This document shows positions 48,720 through 58,298 of a stretch of 64,000 nt of DNA, in pieces. The notes below the pieces were generated by a model. That model did not search any database and had not been told where the DNA came from. It saw only the letters and a list, made by a program, of their open reading frames with translations. Origin of the DNA: Nocardioidaceae bacterium (GTDB lineage: Bacteria; Actinomycetota; Actinomycetes; Propionibacteriales; Nocardioidaceae). A program made the translations under genes and the position numbers. The DNA is taken from contig JAUJOD010000004.1 in the NCBI GenBank assembly GCA_030447865.1, positions 240,074-304,073 of the forward strand, written 5' to 3'. Position 1 is the stretch's first letter. The number at the start of each line of letters is the position of its first letter.

Positions 48720-51470
48720 ATGACCCACGGGGACGATGCGCTGCGCCTGGCGGCGGAGCAGCGTGCCCGGGTGCTCATCGACAAGCAGCTCGTCGCCGCC
48801 GGCTGGGTGGTGCAGGACAAGAAGGACCTGAACCTGTTCGCCGCCCAGGGCGTCGCCGTACGGGAGTCGATCATGGCTCCGGGGCATGGCCGGGCTGACT
48901 ATCTGTTGTACGTCGACAAGTCGGCCGTCGGAGTCATCGAGGCCAAGCCGGAGGGCACTCCCCTGTCGGGTGTGGAGTGGCAGTCGGCGATGTACGCCGA
49001 GGGGCTCCCGTCCGACGTACGCCTAAAGGCGCTCACCGTCGACGGTCGGCTGCCGTTCGTTTTCGAGGCGTCGGGCACCGAGACCCACTTCACCAACGGC
49101 TACGACCCCGAGCCGCGAGCACGCAAGCTGTTCGCCTTCCCGAAGCCGGCCACGCTCGCTCGCATCGTGCGGGACGCGGAAGCCAATCCGGAGGCTCCCA
49201 CGTGGCGCGGGAAGGTACGCCACCTGCCCGAGCTGGACACCGCTCCGCTGCGGCCATCGCAGATCGACGCGATCACCGGCGTCGAACGGAGCCTGGCAGA
49301 GCAGCGCTTCAAGCGCAGCCTCGTGCAGATGGCGACCGGCGCGGGCAAGACGTACACCGCCGTCACGCAGTCCTACCGGCTCCTGCGGTACGGCGGCTTC
49401 AACCGGGTCCTGTTCCTGGTCGACCGTAACAACCTCGCCGACCAGACGCTGGCGGAGTTCCAGAACTACCGGGCACCGGGTGATGGGCGGCGGTTCACCG
49501 AGATCTACAACGTCGACAAGCTCAGCAGCGCAGGCATGCTCGGATCGTCCAATGTGGTGATCTCGACGATCCAGCGAGTCTTCAAGGTGCTGCGCAACGA
49601 GGACGTCACCACTGAGGACGATCCCGGTCTGGACGGGTTCGTGCCGGATGCGCCCGTGACCGTCACCTATAACCCCGACCTGCCGCCGGAGACGTTCGAC
49701 CTGGTGATCGTGGACGAGGCGCACCGCTCCATCTACGGCGTGTGGCGCGGCGTGCTCGACTACTTCGACGCCCACATCGTCGGCCTGACCGCGACGCCGG
49801 GGAAGCAGACGTTTGGGTTCTTCGAGCAGAACCTCGTCAGTGAGTACACCTACCCACAGTCGGTCGTCGACAACGTGAACGTCGACTTCGACCTCTACCG
49901 GATCCGCACCGAGATCAGCGAGCAGGGTTCGGTGATCGAGGCGGGGACGATCGTGCCGAAGGTCGATCGACGTACGCGCGCCGAACGGTTGGAGGCCCTG
50001 GACGAGGACCTCGAGTACATGCCCGGACAGCTTGACCGGGCGGTCACGAGCAAGTCGCAGATCCGCACCGTGCTGGAGACCTTCCGCGACCGGTTGTTCA
50101 CCGAGATCTTCTCCGGCCGCTCGACGGTGCCGAAGACGCTGATCTTCGCCAAGGACGACGCCCACGCCGAGGAGATCGTCACCACGGTCCGGGAGGTGTT
50201 CGGCAAGGGCAACGACTTCGCCGCCAAGATCACCTACAGCGCCCGCGACCCCAAGGGTCAGCTCCAGGCGTTCCGCACCAGCCCCACGCTGCGGATCGCG
50301 GTCACGGTCGACATGATCGCCACCGGTACCGACGTGAAGCCGCTGGAGTGCGTGTTCTTCATGCGCGACGTGCGGTCGGCGCAGTACTTCGAGCAGATGA
50401 AGGGCCGCGGCGCCCGCACCATCCCGCCCGCGGACTTCCAGGCTGTCACCCCTGACGCCGCCGCAAAGACCCGGTTCGTGATCGTGGACGCCGTCGGGGT
50501 CACCGAGCACGACTTCGTCGAGCCACCGCTCAACCGGGACAAGTCCGTCAGCTTGAAGAAGCTGCTCGACAAGGCGGCCGGCCTCACCCTCACCGACGAC
50601 GAGACCGCCACCCTTGCGTCCCGGCTGGCCAAGCTCGAGCTCGAGCTCACCGACCCCGAACGCACCGAGCTCGACACGGTGGCCGGCCAGCCGGTCCGCG
50701 ACGTCATCCGGGCGCTGGTGGAGGCCGTCGACCCCGAGGTGCAGGCCAAGTACGTCGAGGCTGGCGGCGACGTGCAGTCGCTCCTCGACCGCGCGGTCGA
50801 GCCGGTCGCCGCGAACCCCGACCTGCGCAACCGCATCCTCGAACTGCGCGCCACCCACGACCGCACCATCGACGAGGTCAACCGCGACACCCTGATCGGC
50901 GCCCACGGCGTCGTCGACACCAGCCGCGCCAAGAGCGTCGTGGAGTCATGGCGCGCCTACCTCGACGAACACCGCGCGGAGATCACCGCCATTCAGCTCC
51001 TCGCCGAAGCCCGTGACCGTCGGGTGTCGTTCCATGACATCCAAGAGCTCGCCGACCGCATCGCCCGGCCGCCGTACAACTGGACCCCTGACCTCATCTG
51101 GAACGCGTACGTCGCCATCGAGGCGCCGAACGTCCGGCGCAGCCCGGCTCACACCCTGACCGACCTGGTGTCGTTGGTCCGCTATACCGTCGGCGCGGAC
51201 GCCGAACTGGTTCCCTACGCCGACCTCGTCCGCGAGAGGTACGCCGCGTGGCTCGCCCAGCAGGAACAGGCAGGGGTCACGTTCACCGAAGCCGAGAGGT
51301 GGTGGCTCGACCGCATGGTCTCCGTGATCGCCTCCTCCGCCGGAATCAACGCCACCGACCTCGATGACGCCCCCTTCACCGAACGCGGCGGCACCGACGG
51401 GGCTCTCCGCGACCTTGGTGACCGCGCCGCGGACCTCATCGACGAACTCAACACGGAGCTCACCGCGTGA
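48720..51470 (+). CDS. hsdR: Type I restriction enzyme R subunit
   Basis: 916 aa. It has an N-terminal nuclease-like region (GRADYLLYVD...GVIEAKPEG) and SF2 helicase motifs (QMATGAGKTYTA, VIVDEAHRS, GLTATP). The C-terminal region is typical of HsdR. Confidence 0.9.
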   Translation: MTHGDDALRLAAEQRARVLIDKQLVAAGWVVQDKKDLNLFAAQGVAVRESIMAPGHGRADYLLYVDKSAVGVIEAKPEGTPLSGVEWQSAMYAEGLPSDVRLKALTVDGRLPFVFEASGTETHFTNGYDPEPRARKLFAFPKPATLARIVRDAEANPEAPTWRGKVRHLPELDTAPLRPSQIDAITGVERSLAEQRFKRSLVQMATGAGKTYTAVTQSYRLLRYGGFNRVLFLVDRNNLADQTLAEFQNYRAPGDGRRFTEIYNVDKLSSAGMLGSSNVVISTIQRVFKVLRNEDVTTEDDPGLDGFVPDAPVTVTYNPDLPPETFDLVIVDEAHRSIYGVWRGVLDYFDAHIVGLTATPGKQTFGFFEQNLVSEYTYPQSVVDNVNVDFDLYRIRTEISEQGSVIEAGTIVPKVDRRTRAERLEALDEDLEYMPGQLDRAVTSKSQIRTVLETFRDRLFTEIFSGRSTVPKTLIFAKDDAHAEEIVTTVREVFGKGNDFAAKITYSARDPKGQLQAFRTSPTLRIAVTVDMIATGTDVKPLECVFFMRDVRSAQYFEQMKGRGARTIPPADFQAVTPDAAAKTRFVIVDAVGVTEHDFVEPPLNRDKSVSLKKLLDKAAGLTLTDDETATLASRLAKLELELTDPERTELDTVAGQPVRDVIRALVEAVDPEVQAKYVEAGGDVQSLLDRAVEPVAANPDLRNRILELRATHDRTIDEVNRDTLIGAHGVVDTSRAKSVVESWRAYLDEHRAEITAIQLLAEARDRRVSFHDIQELADRIARPPYNWTPDLIWNAYVAIEAPNVRRSPAHTLTDLVSLVRYTVGADAELVPYADLVRERYAAWLAQQEQAGVTFTEAERWWLDRMVSVIASSAGINATDLDDAPFTERGGTDGALRDLGDRAADLIDELNTELTA

Positions 51471-52798
51471 TGACTCCCACAGGCTGGCAAGAAGCAATGC
51501 TTGGCGACGTGTGCCGGGTCGTTTCGGGTGCGACTCCCAAGACTGGCGTCGCGGACTACTGGGGCGGCGACATTCGCTGGATCACCCCGAACGACCTCTC
51601 GAAGGACCGCTCGCAGATACTCAGGGAAGGCGCGCGGAGCCTCACACGAGCCGGATACGACTCATGTAGCGCTCGCCTAGTCCCCTCCGGGTCGGTTGTG
51701 GTTAGCTCCCGCGCGCCCGTGGGATATGTCGCTATCGCTGGCGCCGAACTGTGCACTAACCAGGGCTGCAAGACAGCGATCCCGCCCGACTTCATCGATT
51801 CCAAATACCTTTACTGGTACCTCATCACGGCGAAGCCTGACCTCGAAGCACGGGCGAGCGGCACCACGTTCAAGGAGATTTCCGGCAAGCGATTCTCAGA
51901 GACACGATTGCGGTGGCCCGACCTGCATGAGCAGCGCCGCATCGTCGACCTCCTCGAAGACCACCTCTCCCGACTCGACGCCGCCCGCAGCTACCTGGCC
52001 ACCGCCGACCGCCGCGCTGGACTCCTCTGGGCAGCGGGCCTCTCCGATCTCACCCTTCCGCCGGCAGCCCAGGAACTTATGAAGGCTGACCCAGCGGTGC
52101 TTGGCCACGACTCGCCACCGGCGGCCAAGCTCCCGGCTGGCTGGCGGTGGGCGCGTTGGGCAGACCTTGGAACCAGTGAGAATGGCAAGCCCTTTTCCAG
52201 TGGGGACTATCAAGACACCGGCCTTCGGCTGCTGCGCCCCGGCAATCTGGGCCCCAAGGGCGTTCTGACCTGGCGTGATGCCAACACCCGTTTCATGCCG
52301 AACTCCTACCGTTCGTCGCACCCCACGAGCATGCTTCAGCCTGGTGATCTCGTGATGAACCTGACTGCGCAATCGCTCAAGGACGACTTCCTCGGCCGCG
52401 TCTGCCTTGTACGCAAGGGTGACGAGTCGCTCCTGAATCAGCGGATCGCGCGGCTCCGCTCGACGGGGGTGGACAGTGGTTTCGCTCTAGCCGTATTTCG
52501 CTCCCGGCTCTTCCGGCACTACGTGAAGTCGTTGAGCACGGGCAGCCTGATCCAGCACATGTTCACGAGCCAGCTGGATCGATTCTGGATTCCAGTCCCG
52601 CCAGCAACCGAGCAGCAACGAATCGCCCGAGCCGCTGACATCTTGCAGGCTGATATTGCACGACAAGTCGAGGTGATCCGCCTGCAGGGCCAACGCTCGG
52701 CGCTGCTTCGCCGCTCGATCCTCGCTGCCGCGTTCTCCGGGCGCCTCACTGGCAGCGCCAGTGGCTTGTCGGTGGCTGAGGAGATGATCGGCGCGTGA
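51467..52798 (+). CDS. hsdS: Type I restriction enzyme specificity subunit
   Basis: 443 aa with two target-recognition-domain halves separated by coiled-coil conserved regions (EQRRIVDLLEDHLSRLD and EQQRIARAADILQADI). It has an ATGA overlap with hsdR. Confidence 0.9.
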   Translation: MMTPTGWQEAMLGDVCRVVSGATPKTGVADYWGGDIRWITPNDLSKDRSQILREGARSLTRAGYDSCSARLVPSGSVVVSSRAPVGYVAIAGAELCTNQGCKTAIPPDFIDSKYLYWYLITAKPDLEARASGTTFKEISGKRFSETRLRWPDLHEQRRIVDLLEDHLSRLDAARSYLATADRRAGLLWAAGLSDLTLPPAAQELMKADPAVLGHDSPPAAKLPAGWRWARWADLGTSENGKPFSSGDYQDTGLRLLRPGNLGPKGVLTWRDANTRFMPNSYRSSHPTSMLQPGDLVMNLTAQSLKDDFLGRVCLVRKGDESLLNQRIARLRSTGVDSGFALAVFRSRLFRHYVKSLSTGSLIQHMFTSQLDRFWIPVPPATEQQRIARAADILQADIARQVEVIRLQGQRSALLRRSILAAAFSGRLTGSASGLSVAEEMIGA

Positions 52799-53705
52799 GT
52801 GGCAAGCAGATCAAGTTGTTCCTGGTCGACGGCACTCCTGGTGGGCTGACGACGGCCGAGATGACGACCGCTTGGACTGGTCATGTTCTCGCGGCGTCGC
52901 GGTCGGACCTTGGCGATCTCCGCGGCGTCCCGAAGCCCAGCGGACCGGCGTCTACCTCTTGCTCGGCCCTGACCAGGGTGCCGTCGGCGATACCGTGTGC
53001 TACGTGGGTGAGGCGGATGTCGTGGCCGACCGGATTCGCTCCCACCATCGGGAGAGGGACTTCTGGACCCGGGTCGTGGTCATCACGTCGAAGGACACCA
53101 ACCTCACCAAGTCGCACGGCCGCTATCTGGAGTCACGACTGATAACGCTCGCCGCCCAGGCGGGCCGCGTCACGTTGGAGAACGGGACGGCACCTCCCGT
53201 CCACGGACTGCCGGAGGCCGACCGGTCTGACATGGACTACTTCGTGTCCCAACTGCAGATCGTCCTGCCGGTCCTCGGCGTCGACGCGTTCCGCGTCCGG
53301 GCGTCAGAGCTGCCGTCGCCGAGTGAGCCGGCCGCTGACGCATCCCCCGTCTTCCGGCTCCAGGACGCGAGTGCGAACGCGAACGCGTTGGCCCAGCAGG
53401 TCGACGGCGAGTTCATCGTACTCAAAGACTCGCAGGTGATCCCCCGGTGGCCAGACGAGAAGGAGTCGCATAGCCCAAGCACCCGCAAGGCGTACGCGTC
53501 GTACCGCGCCCAGCATCAGGGCTACCTCGACGACGGCTCTATCGTGCTCGAGAACGGGGTCGCCCGCGTATCCCGCGACGTCGTATTCAGCTCACCGTCA
53601 GCCGCCGGGGCGGTCCTCGTCGGCCGCGCCTGCAACGGACGCAAGGAATGGGTCGCACCCGACGGCACCGCCTTCGCCCAGTGGGAGAGCCGAGGGGTCG
53701 AGTGA
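52795..53705 (+). pseudogene. GIY-YIG-like / DUF4357 family protein, frameshifted near 52918-52925
   Basis: Frame 1 reads MSGKQIKLFLVDGTPGGLTTAEM...SRSDLGDL. Another frame continues RRPEAQRTGVYLLLGPDQ...YVGEADVVADRIRSHH...NLTKSHGRYLESRLI...LPEADRSDM and the C-terminal ...FSSPSAAGAVLVGRACNGRKEW. Together these match a family often found beside R-M genes (family name from memory). Confidence 0.7.
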
Positions 53706-53821
53706 CGGACGCCCGCCGCTTCTGTCGGCGGTGCCCACCACGATGAGTCTGTCGGGTTCGGGACCAGGGCGTGCCTGGACTGCCAAACTGGAGGCTCGGC
53801 AAGCAGACGGAGGTGAGCGCC

Positions 53822-54679
53822 ATGACCGGTGACCTTGAACTGCGTCTTGTAGGTTCCCCGAGTCCTAGGGGTCAGATCCGGGCGCGAGATCTCGCCGTGC
53901 TCGCCGACGCCCTGCAGGAGTTGCGGCTCCGGATCGGTCGCGAGCTCATCAAGACGGCCGGACGGGGCCGCACCAGGCAATACATGGAGGAGCTCACGGA
54001 AATCAGGCTGAGCCGCATCTCACCCGGGAGCACGGTCCTCACCTTCACCCAAGGCCCCACTGACAAGCTCGACGCCATCCTGAGCGAAGAGAAGCTCCTG
54101 GCAGAGCGCTTCCGCGAGATCGTCGAAGCCATCGGCCGCGATGAGCGCCCCGACTGGGCGACCGACCTCATCGCCGAGAGCGCCGCTCGGCTCGTCGACG
54201 GGCTCAGGTCCGCTGCTCCGCAGGTAGTCGTTCGCTCCGGTTCTGGCACCGAGGTCACCATCGAGACCGACCACATCCACCGAGAGACCTGGACTAGAGG
54301 TCGTATCCAAACCTCCGACCTCGTGACTGCGAAGGGGCGGCTGGAGCGTGTCGACCTGCGCACTCACGAGTTCAGGCTGCGCGACGACGTCGGCAACGCG
54401 GTCGACCTCCGTCACGTTGAGAGCGACACCGTGTCCGGCAAGCTGGTCGGGCAGTGGGTCGCTGCAACGGGTCGCGCAACTATCAACGCGGCCGGACTAT
54501 TCGTTGCCCTGGAGGACGCGAGAGTAGAGGAGGTCGAGGATCCCGCGGCACCCTATGTGGACCGTGCCCTCGTCACGATCCAATCGATCTTGGCTAGCGC
54601 ACCGGGTCCCGACCCCGCGGGAGCAATCGACCTCGATGACGAGGAACTGGCTGCTTTCCTGCGGGCGGCTACTTCGTGA
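53822..54679 (+). CDS. orphan 285-aa protein upstream of and translationally coupled to a PIN nuclease
   Basis: ATG 53822 lies 8 nt after GGAGG (53809-53813). Its stop overlaps the PIN gene's GTG start (GTGA). I recognise no motif. The helical N-terminal half is followed by a beta-rich middle (GRLERVDLRTHEFRLRDDVGNAVDL) and an acidic C-terminal helix IDLDDEELAAFLRAA. Confidence 0.65.
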   Translation: MTGDLELRLVGSPSPRGQIRARDLAVLADALQELRLRIGRELIKTAGRGRTRQYMEELTEIRLSRISPGSTVLTFTQGPTDKLDAILSEEKLLAERFREIVEAIGRDERPDWATDLIAESAARLVDGLRSAAPQVVVRSGSGTEVTIETDHIHRETWTRGRIQTSDLVTAKGRLERVDLRTHEFRLRDDVGNAVDLRHVESDTVSGKLVGQWVAATGRATINAAGLFVALEDARVEEVEDPAAPYVDRALVTIQSILASAPGPDPAGAIDLDDEELAAFLRAATS

Positions 54680-55098
54680 CCTACGTGGATGCGGTGCTCC
54701 TCGACACGGATGTCTTCAGCCTTCTGTTCGTCGCTAGGGAGGCCCAGGACTCACGCATCGCAGGCTGGCGGGAGCGGCTCGGCGGGAGACGGGTCCTGAT
54801 CGCGTTCCAGACGCGAGCCGAGATCCTGGAAGGAGCGCTTGAACGCAGTTGGGGAGAGCGCCGTATGGCGAACACGCGACGCACACTCGACCACACACCG
54901 ACCGTGCCTCCGGACGATGAGGTGATCGACGCTTACGCAACGCTGACCGCAGCTTGCCGCAAGAACGGCCACGCGCTGCAGGACGGTCGGCATGTTGCGG
55001 ACCGCTGGATCGCCGCGTGCGCGATCGCCAAAGGCCTTCCGCTGTTGTCCGGAGACGACATGTATCGAAACGCTCCAAACCTCGACCTGCTGAACTGA
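54676..55098 (+). CDS. PIN-domain ribonuclease (VapC-like)
   Basis: 140 aa. Acidic residues are spaced as in a PIN domain: LLDTDVF (D), ...RAEILEG (E), ADRWIAACA (D), LLSGDDM (D). Confidence 0.8.
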   Translation: MTYVDAVLLDTDVFSLLFVAREAQDSRIAGWRERLGGRRVLIAFQTRAEILEGALERSWGERRMANTRRTLDHTPTVPPDDEVIDAYATLTAACRKNGHALQDGRHVADRWIAACAIAKGLPLLSGDDMYRNAPNLDLLN

Positions 55099-55116
55099 CC
55101 TGAAAGACTTTCGCCC

Positions 55117-56595
55117 GTGTCCGACTCCCGCCGTCTTGTCGACAAGTTGTGGTCGTACTGCAACGTGCTGCGCGACGATGGCGTGGGCGTCATCGAGTAC
55201 ACCGAGCAGCTCACCTACCTGCTGTTCCTGAAGATGGCGCACGAGCGCGCCACCCGGAAGTTGAACCCCCAGCAGATCGTCCCGGCCGAGTACTCCTGGC
55301 AGCGGCTGCTCGACGCCGAGGGCACCGCACTGGAGGTCGAGTACACCAAGATCCTCGTCGGTCTGGCGCAGCAACCCGGGACGCTCGGCACGATCTTCCG
55401 CAAAGCGCAGAACCGCATCCAGGACCCTGCCAAGCTCAAGCGGCTCATCGTCGACCTGATCGACCAGGAGAACTGGTCCGCTTCAGGCATCGACCTCAAG
55501 GGCGACGCCTACGAGGAGCTGCTCTCGAAAGGCGCCTCGGACAAGGGATCGGGTGCGGGGCAGTACTTCACCCCTCGTGACCTAATCGCCGGCATCGTCG
55601 AGGTAATCGACCCGCAACCCAGCGACACAGTGGTTGACCCGGCGTGCGGCACCGGCGGCTTCCTGCTCGTCGCGCATGAGCACGCAGCACGGAACGCCGA
55701 GAACCTCACGCCCACTGAGCGCGCACACCTGCGCGACGAGTTCGCGTCCGGCTACGAGCTGGTCGACGGCACCGCCCGACTGGCGGCCATGAACCTACTG
55801 CTGCACGGGATCGGCACGCCGGACGGCGACTCACTTATCGAGGTACGCGACGCCCTGATCGCCGACCCGGGGCAACGCTGGTCCGTCGTACTCTCCAACC
55901 CGCCGTTCGGCCGCAAGTCCTCCCTGACGATGGTCGGCGCCGATGGCCGCGAGGTGCGCGAGGACCGCGAGATCGAGCGCCATGACTTTGTCGTCACCAC
56001 GAGCAACAAGCAGCTCAACTTCGTCCAGCACATCATGACGATCCTCGACATCAACGGCCGCGCCGCCGTCGTACTCCCCGATAACGTGCTGTTCGAGGGA
56101 GGCGCCGGCGAGAAGAAGCTGCTGGCCGACTTCGACCTGCACACGATGCTGCGCCTGCCGACCGGCGTCTTCTACGCCCAAGGCGTGAAGGCCAACGTGC
56201 TGTTCTTCGACAAGAAGCCCGCCGCCGAGCAGCCGTGGACCCAACGACTGTGGGTCTACGACCTGCGCACCAACCAGCACTTCACGCTCAAGCAGAACTC
56301 GCTGCGCCGCCACCACCTCGACGACTTCGTCGCGTCCTACTTGCCCGGCAAGGACCGCTCCGAGCGGGTCGAGTCCGAGCGGTGGAAGTCGTTCACGTAC
56401 GACGAGCTGATCGCCCGCGACAAGGCCAACCTGGACATCACCTGGCTGCGGGACGGGTCGCTCGAGGACGCCGACAACCTGCCCGCGCCCGAGATCATCG
56501 CCCGCGAGATCGTTGAGGACCTCACCGCGGCCCTCGCCGAGTTCGAGGCAGTCGCATCCGCCTTGGAGGCGCAGCAGCTGGGTGCCGAACACTGA
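55117..56595 (+). CDS. hsdM: Type I restriction enzyme M subunit (N6-adenine DNA methyltransferase)
   Basis: 492 aa. It has the HsdM N-terminal domain (LWSYCNVLRDDG...EYTEQLTYLLFLKM), the AdoMet motif VVDPACGTGGFL and the catalytic NPPFG. Confidence 0.95.
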   Translation: MSDSRRLVDKLWSYCNVLRDDGVGVIEYTEQLTYLLFLKMAHERATRKLNPQQIVPAEYSWQRLLDAEGTALEVEYTKILVGLAQQPGTLGTIFRKAQNRIQDPAKLKRLIVDLIDQENWSASGIDLKGDAYEELLSKGASDKGSGAGQYFTPRDLIAGIVEVIDPQPSDTVVDPACGTGGFLLVAHEHAARNAENLTPTERAHLRDEFASGYELVDGTARLAAMNLLLHGIGTPDGDSLIEVRDALIADPGQRWSVVLSNPPFGRKSSLTMVGADGREVREDREIERHDFVVTTSNKQLNFVQHIMTILDINGRAAVVLPDNVLFEGGAGEKKLLADFDLHTMLRLPTGVFYAQGVKANVLFFDKKPAAEQPWTQRLWVYDLRTNQHFTLKQNSLRRHHLDDFVASYLPGKDRSERVESERWKSFTYDELIARDKANLDITWLRDGSLEDADNLPAPEIIAREIVEDLTAALAEFEAVASALEAQQLGAEH

Positions 56596-56849
56596 GGGAA
56601 CAGCGATCGCCAGGCTATTCAGGCAGCTCCCTGCTCCGCCATGTTGGAGTGATTCTTCGCCTGATCCTCCGCGAATGGACGTAGTTTCCGACGTTACCCC
56701 TCTTGCTCGAATCGGGCGTCGCGTCCTGCTGCCCAGATGGACTGACGCGCGGTTCACGCTAGTTGCGACCGCGCACACCACACCGATGTGTTCACTCTCA
56801 TCAACTAGCCACAAGCGCACGTCGGCTCTGCATGCTCCCCCGGGCCGCC

Positions 56850-58298
56850 TCACATGTAGTGCGCGTACCTCCCCGAAACCGGTGAGTTCTCGTCGTGGTG
56901 GCGCAGGATGTCCCCTACCGTTCGAGCGGTACGAAGTGTGATGGGGATGCGGCCGTCGAGGCGGGTCTGGTTCCAATTCATCTTCGTCAGCGCCAGCACT
57001 TCGGTCGCGAGCTCTTCGGGACTCGATTCGACGTCGATGTTGCGGATGCCGAGCGGCTGCGGTACGTAGTGCCCGGGGTAGGTCTTATAGAACGGGATTG
57101 CGCCGCTCGTGTAGATGATGTGCCGGTTCTCGCCCAGGCTCAGCAACGTGCCGCGCAGAGGCGGCTGCTGACCCTTGCGGTACAGGCGCACGTGGTCGGA
57201 GTTGGTGAGCCACAGCAGCTCAAGGACGTCGAGTCGTTCGTTGTTCGCTGCCTGCTTGAACCCGGCGATTTCAGCAGCCGTGTAGTTACTCGCCTTGTGC
57301 ATCACGATGCGGGCGGGACTGTTGCGGTGCTCGGTGCGGTACCGCTGAAGCGCGGTCTCCAGGACTTCCCGAGCATCTTCTTCTGAAAGGTGGGGCTGAA
57401 GGTCTTCTTTGGAGATGGTCGCCGGTCCGCCACGCACAATGATGCCGTCGCCACGCTGGTTGTAGACCTGGGCGACGCTCGTGTGCAGCGACTGCTCATT
57501 CGTACGGTAGAACGCGATGCCGACATAGCACGACGTCAGGTCAGCGGGGTCCCGGGTCAGACGCCAAGGGACGCCGCCATTCTTGTAGTACAGCGCCGTG
57601 TGCAGGTTCCACGCACGAGTGGCCTCGTCCTGGTTCGCACCGAGCCGGTTCGTGTGGGGCTCCTTGAACGTCGGGTCCCACGTGGACCGGCGCACAATCT
57701 GGATAGGCTGCTTGTACTTCAACGACTTCGCTTTCAGCAGCGCGTGGAAGTCAGCGACCAGTTGGGTGCCGTTGCTCGCGTTCGACCCGTCCGCCTCCGG
57801 CTCGTCGGTGGCCGCAACACGAGTCAGCGCTGCGTCGTTTAGGTTGTCGGGCCGGCACACGATGACGACATCGCACGACGCCTCGTCGTGGAGTGCTTCG
57901 AGTTCGCGGTCGTACAGCTCGACCGCCTTTGCGACCGCGGTCAGCGGATTGAGTCCGTCGAGCTGCTCGAGGTCGCGTTTGTTAATTGCCCGGGTCAGGC
58001 GCGGACTGAAGTTGATGATGGACCGAAACCCGTGATGGACGTCGAACCCCGGGAACGGGACATACAAATGGGTGAGGTGGGTGTCAGCGTAGGCGCCGAT
58101 ACCGCGGCGGCACCGGTCCAGCCAGGTCTGAAGACCCTCGGTCGACGACTTCGGACCGATGATGGCGGCACGGACCACCCGCGGGGTCGGATCCTTTACG
58201 TCGGCCGGCCCATAGTCGGCGATGCCGTGCCGAGGGTCGATGTGACGGCCGCCGCCGGCGAACTCCAACAGCGGCTCCTCAAGCACCATGGCCTTCAC
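56850..58298 (-). CDS. short prokaryotic Argonaute (MID-PIWI only)
   Basis: 482 aa. The PIWI-like core is WNLHTALYYKNGGVPWRL...CYVGIAFYR...RIVMHKAS, and the MID-like segment is LKAKSLKYKQPIQIV. There is no N/PAZ-length N-terminus. The GTG start overlaps the upstream stop (GTGA); an alternative ATG is at 58289. Confidence 0.8.
   Translation of the reverse strand: MKAMVLEEPLLEFAGGGRHIDPRHGIADYGPADVKDPTPRVVRAAIIGPKSSTEGLQTWLDRCRRGIGAYADTHLTHLYVPFPGFDVHHGFRSIINFSPRLTRAINKRDLEQLDGLNPLTAVAKAVELYDRELEALHDEASCDVVIVCRPDNLNDAALTRVAATDEPEADGSNASNGTQLVADFHALLKAKSLKYKQPIQIVRRSTWDPTFKEPHTNRLGANQDEATRAWNLHTALYYKNGGVPWRLTRDPADLTSCYVGIAFYRTNEQSLHTSVAQVYNQRGDGIIVRGGPATISKEDLQPHLSEEDAREVLETALQRYRTEHRNSPARIVMHKASNYTAAEIAGFKQAANNERLDVLELLWLTNSDHVRLYRKGQQPPLRGTLLSLGENRHIIYTSGAIPFYKTYPGHYVPQPLGIRNIDVESSPEELATEVLALTKMNWNQTRLDGRIPITLRTARTVGDILRHHDENSPVSGRYAHYM

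Noticed and set aside
49023-50906. 627-aa minus-strand ORF. Similar long antisense ORFs occur at 60636-62396, 62750-63874, 16071-17846, 9126-10127 and 35948-37279.
   Set aside because: All lie exactly opposite strongly supported genes (hsdR, gajA, gajB, relA, aspS, thrS) and have low-complexity R/G/A/V/L-rich translations. They are stop-codon-poor antisense frames, which are expected at this GC content.
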